DNA of 64,000 nucleotides from Candidatus Latescibacterota bacterium (lineage in GTDB: Bacteria > Latescibacterota > UBA2968), in assembly GCA_965208125.1 (NCBI GenBank), contig OZ242320.1, positions 3,904,001 to 3,968,000 on the forward strand, written 5' to 3'. Below are positions 60,656 through 64,000 of the stretch, in pieces (within the stretch, counting starts at the first letter, position 1; every line of letters begins with the position of its first letter). The translations under genes and the position numbers were made by a program. The notes beneath the pieces were generated by a model. The model searched no databases, was not told where the DNA came from, and saw only the letters and a program-made list of their open reading frames with translations.

Positions 60656-61762
60656 ATGGAATACTTAACATACAAATACAAAATGTATAGTCTCTGTGAC
60701 CGCAATAAGTATCTGCACTATGAGATAGACGCTTTTGCTGAGGTGTATAATCATTTCATTGCTTTGCATAAGCGATACTATCGGCGTTTTGGCAAGTATC
60801 CGAGTAAGTTCACAATGATTAACCATTTGGCAAAGCTGAAAAGAACAGGACGCTTTGCACATTGGCGTTTGTTGCCGTCACAGGCATTGCAAAATGTGAT
60901 TGAGCGCATAGACTTTGGCTATCAGAAATTCTTTGCCAGAGACAACAAGCGTCCGCCTACTTTCAGGTCTCGCTTTCGGTATCAGTCTTATACGCTGAAG
61001 CAAGCAGGATATAAATTCCTTGAGCGTAACAAGGTGCGTATCGGCAAGCGTATATTTCGCTATCACAAAAGCAGAAAATTCGATTTAGATAGTATCAAAA
61101 CGGTCACAATCAAGCGTGACCGCATAGGCGATTTGTGGCTATGTGTTGTTGCAAAGGCTGAGGGTATCAAGTCATTCATTATCAAGAACGGTAAAACCGC
61201 AGGTTTTGATTTTGGCTTGCAAACATATCTAACAGCCTCAGACAGCACAAGGACACAATCGCCATTGTTCTTCAATCGTAATTCGAGGAAAGTCAAAAAG
61301 TCTAACCGCAATCTTTCTCGTAAAAAGAAAGGTAGCAACAATCGTCACAGGGCAAGAGTAAATCATGCCAGAGTGCATAGGCGCGTTGTTAATCAGCGTA
61401 GAGACTATCATTGGCGACTTGCCCATCAACTGTGTAAAGACTATGACGTTATGTTCTTTGAGACTTTGAACATTGACGCCATGAAAGCGTTGTGGGGACG
61501 AAAGATTAGCGATTTGGGCTTTTCAAACTTCTTGTCCATACTCAAGTATGTGGCAAAAAAGACTGGCAAAGTTGTCAAACAAATTGACAAATGGCTGCCG
61601 TCGTCAAAGACATGCTCGGCTTGTGATACAGTGAAAGAGAATCTCGAATTGCGAGAGAGAACATTCCATTGTTGCGAGTGTGGTCTTGAGATAGACAGAG
61701 ACCTCAACGCGGCGATAAACATTCACAGGTGGGGGCGTCCACCTCTGGCGGAGGTAGCGTAA
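60656..61762 (+). CDS. tnpB: RNA-guided endonuclease TnpB
   Basis: SQALQ, GFDFG (RuvC-I D), FETLN (RuvC-II E), PSSKTCSAC..CCEC zinc finger, DRDLNAAINI (RuvC-III D). Confidence 0.95.
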   Translation: MEYLTYKYKMYSLCDRNKYLHYEIDAFAEVYNHFIALHKRYYRRFGKYPSKFTMINHLAKLKRTGRFAHWRLLPSQALQNVIERIDFGYQKFFARDNKRPPTFRSRFRYQSYTLKQAGYKFLERNKVRIGKRIFRYHKSRKFDLDSIKTVTIKRDRIGDLWLCVVAKAEGIKSFIIKNGKTAGFDFGLQTYLTASDSTRTQSPLFFNRNSRKVKKSNRNLSRKKKGSNNRHRARVNHARVHRRVVNQRRDYHWRLAHQLCKDYDVMFFETLNIDAMKALWGRKISDLGFSNFLSILKYVAKKTGKVVKQIDKWLPSSKTCSACDTVKENLELRERTFHCCECGLEIDRDLNAAINIHRWGRPPLAEVA

Positions 61763-61885
61763 GACTTGCCGACCTTCGGGGAAGCAAGCAACTACTGTTG
61801 ATCCCACAATCCCTGCTGAAGCAACAAGATTTTAGAATCCCAATGCTTTAGCTTTGGGAGTACGTCAATTTATCGCTCGGGTATT
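61700..61885 (+). ncRNA. Putative TnpB omega/reRNA (scaffold over tnpB 3' end and right end, plus flanking guide)
   Basis: Inferred from established TnpB architecture; 5' boundary not determinable from sequence. Confidence 0.55.
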
Positions 61886-61913
61886 TAATTAAATCCAATC
61901 AGGAGGAATCACA

Positions 61914-62864
61914 ATGGCATCAACTATTTATGTCGGCACAATTGGTCAGGGTGTTTGGCGAAGCGAAGATGGTGGCGACTCATGGCGGCGTACGAGCAGC
62001 GGTATGTTCTCGGAATCGGATATTCGCGCCATTGCCGTGCATCCAGACAATGCGTCAATTCTGTTTGCGGGTACAGAGGCCGGTATTTATCGCTCGCAAA
62101 ATGGGGGGGACAACTGGGAAAAATTGGATTCTCCAATGAACGGTATGCAAATCTGGTCCCTTGCGATTCATCCCAGAAGCCCAGACACGGTTTATGCTGG
62201 CACATGTCCTTCTGCGCTGTTTCGGTCGGACGATGGCGGTGAGACGTGGAAGCAACTTTCCGTAGAACTCGTCGAGGATTGCGGTGCTATTATTCCGCGC
62301 GTCACGACTATTATCATAGACCCAACAGATGATCAGACCGTTTATGCGGGTATTGAAATCGACGGCATGCGGATCAGCAGAGATGGCGGTGAGACATGGA
62401 CATCTGGCAATGAGGGCCTTTCGAGTCTCGACATTCACGGCCTCGCGCTTGTGCCCGCAAATCCAAAAACACTTGTGGCTGGCACCAACAACGATGTATG
62501 CATCACAACCGATATGGTGAACTGGACACGGCTCAATGTGAAAGCAGCGTTTCCCTGGCCCTATTGCAGGGGGGTGCTCTATATGTCAAATGGTCGGGTG
62601 TATGTCGGTGCGGGAAATGGACCGCCAGGCGATGAGGGAGGGCTGTTCTACACTTCTGATCTGGGACATTCGTGGGAGCGCGCCGATCTGAACGGCAATA
62701 CCAATAGTACGGTCTGGGCGATTGTCCACAATCCCGCTGTGCCAAATTTGATGATAGCGTATAGCATTGCCGGACAAATTTTTAGCAGCACCGATAATGG
62801 CGATTCTTGGACCAAAATCGCCCGTGAGTTTGGCGAAGTACGCGCGGTGGCTATTGCGCAGTGA
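61914..62864 (+). CDS. Asp-box (BNR) repeat beta-propeller protein
   Basis: Six S.D.G.(S/T)W repeats; AGGAGG RBS; no signal peptide. Confidence 0.85.
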   Translation: MASTIYVGTIGQGVWRSEDGGDSWRRTSSGMFSESDIRAIAVHPDNASILFAGTEAGIYRSQNGGDNWEKLDSPMNGMQIWSLAIHPRSPDTVYAGTCPSALFRSDDGGETWKQLSVELVEDCGAIIPRVTTIIIDPTDDQTVYAGIEIDGMRISRDGGETWTSGNEGLSSLDIHGLALVPANPKTLVAGTNNDVCITTDMVNWTRLNVKAAFPWPYCRGVLYMSNGRVYVGAGNGPPGDEGGLFYTSDLGHSWERADLNGNTNSTVWAIVHNPAVPNLMIAYSIAGQIFSSTDNGDSWTKIAREFGEVRAVAIAQ

Positions 62865-62882
62865 TACAGGTGAGGGTAATGG

Positions 62883-64000
62883 CTAAACGAGTTTCTCCTC
62901 TGCGGCCGACCATGTTCCGCATCTGATTTCCAGTATGTGATTCACTGGCGTCGTAAATGTCATCAATACGCGGAAGGCAGTGGGGGCGGACTCGCTGCCC
63001 CGCAACGCCCAGAATCGATGCGTGTATGCGCCCGGTCCGACGGAAATGGCATCGTTACCGATGTGGTAGGTCGCATATCCGGATTTGAGGAATGCGACTT
63101 CTGCGGCCTGGCCGCGCACGATGCCGCTGTCAAAATCCAGTTCACCACCTGGGACAAAATCGCACGCAATTTGAAATGGCACGCGGTCATAGCCGTCTGA
63201 TTTTACGTGCAGATTAAATCCTCTATCCACTTCTTCAATTTCCAATACTGTCGTTAGCGGCGGCAGGGCGTACACATCTCTTTCTTTTCGCAAATTGTAA
63301 AATTCCTCAAAAGCGACCTCGCGTCCCAATGGCAGGTCATAACCGGGTCTGCCGCCATCTGAACTTTGACTTACATGCGTCATCCTGATTTTGCCATCCA
63401 CTTCCTCAAAGGTCTCGCCTGAAAATTGTGCAATAGAAAAATAGCTCGCACACAGGTTCACCGAGGCCAATTCCACGTCTCCATGTTTTACGCCAAATGG
63501 CGATGTTATACCTGCACCTGCTGTGGCACTCGTTTTTCCGCGTCGCACGCGCCACAATTGAGCGGTTGGATAGACCTTCGCGTACGACTCGGGCAGAGGC
63601 TCGCGCTCGAGGTTGTCGTCTCGCCATTCGGGATGGGTTAAAAATGGTTCGAGTGCCCAGGGCAAACCGCCCGGGGATATGGAGTGCAGCCAATCTGCGA
63701 CTGCTGCGTAAAATCCATTGCCATCTCGTCGCGCCATGTTGTAATAACTATCGACCATACCTACCAGAACAACGCGCGTGCCGTAGTCCTGTCTGCGGGA
63801 AAAGCTCGTTACAACGGTTCCGTCTGCATGTAACATGTGATAGGATAAATCCAGGTTTCGGCGTACGGGTTCCAGAAGTTGGGGGCGATTGAGCGCGTCG
63901 GAAGCCAGTCTCAGTGCGCGATTGCAGATGGCGTTATACGTGCCTGCGCTGCGTTCGATGTATTCGCCATCGGCATTGTTGTCTATTGTTTCGGCGAGAT
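62883..64000 (-). CDS. Hypothetical protein (N-terminus outside window), possibly polysaccharide lyase-like fold
   Basis: Frame stays open to window end (LAETIDNNADGEYIERSAGTYNAICNRAL...RNLDLSYHMLHADG). Confidence 0.7.
   Translation of the reverse strand, partial: LAETIDNNADGEYIERSAGTYNAICNRALRLASDALNRPQLLEPVRRNLDLSYHMLHADGTVVTSFSRRQDYGTRVVLVGMVDSYYNMARRDGNGFYAAVADWLHSISPGGLPWALEPFLTHPEWRDDNLEREPLPESYAKVYPTAQLWRVRRGKTSATAGAGITSPFGVKHGDVELASVNLCASYFSIAQFSGETFEEVDGKIRMTHVSQSSDGGRPGYDLPLGREVAFEEFYNLRKERDVYALPPLTTVLEIEEVDRGFNLHVKSDGYDRVPFQIACDFVPGGELDFDSGIVRGQAAEVAFLKSGYATYHIGNDAISVGPGAYTHRFWALRGSESAPTAFRVLMTFTTPVNHILEIRCGTWSAAEEKLV

Larger units (their letters stand above)
60478..61868 (+). mobile_element. 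IS200/IS605-family non-autonomous element (IS1341-type, tnpB only)
   Basis: Left hairpin CCCAACA-GCTTTAG-TGTTGGG; right end GAAT-CCCAATGCTTTAGCTTTGGG-AGTACG-TCAA; no tnpA; left boundary uncertain by about 5 bp. Confidence 0.88.

Overview
Bacterial chromosomal window of about 58 CDS, one tRNA-Lys(TTT) and one IS200/IS605-family (tnpB-only) element; no rRNA, CRISPR array or prophage was seen. It contains carbohydrate and sulfate-ester catabolic genes (hydantoinase A/B, GH106-like hydrolase, sulfatase, DegT aminotransferase, amidohydrolases, NagA, uronate dehydrogenase-like, enolase-family dehydratase), housekeeping genes (ettA, sthA, parAB, ppdK, rpsT, natAB-like) and a cysteine operon that uses a ubiquitin-like sulfur carrier (APS reductase, CysM, Mec/JAMM, CysO, Rrf2, CysK). 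Two AT-rich ABC-ATPase + DUF4276/TOPRIM-like gene pairs are putative defence modules. The best candidate for an undescribed system is a tightly coupled three-gene module at 19.3-21.7 kb: a C-terminally anchored protein with a lectin-like head and coiled-coil stalk, a 5-TM MotA/ExbB-like subunit and an atypical ExbD/MotB-like subunit. Gene content is reminiscent of an uncultured FCB-group heterotroph (e.g. Latescibacterota-like), which is inference only. All calls come from reading motifs by eye; no database searches were run.
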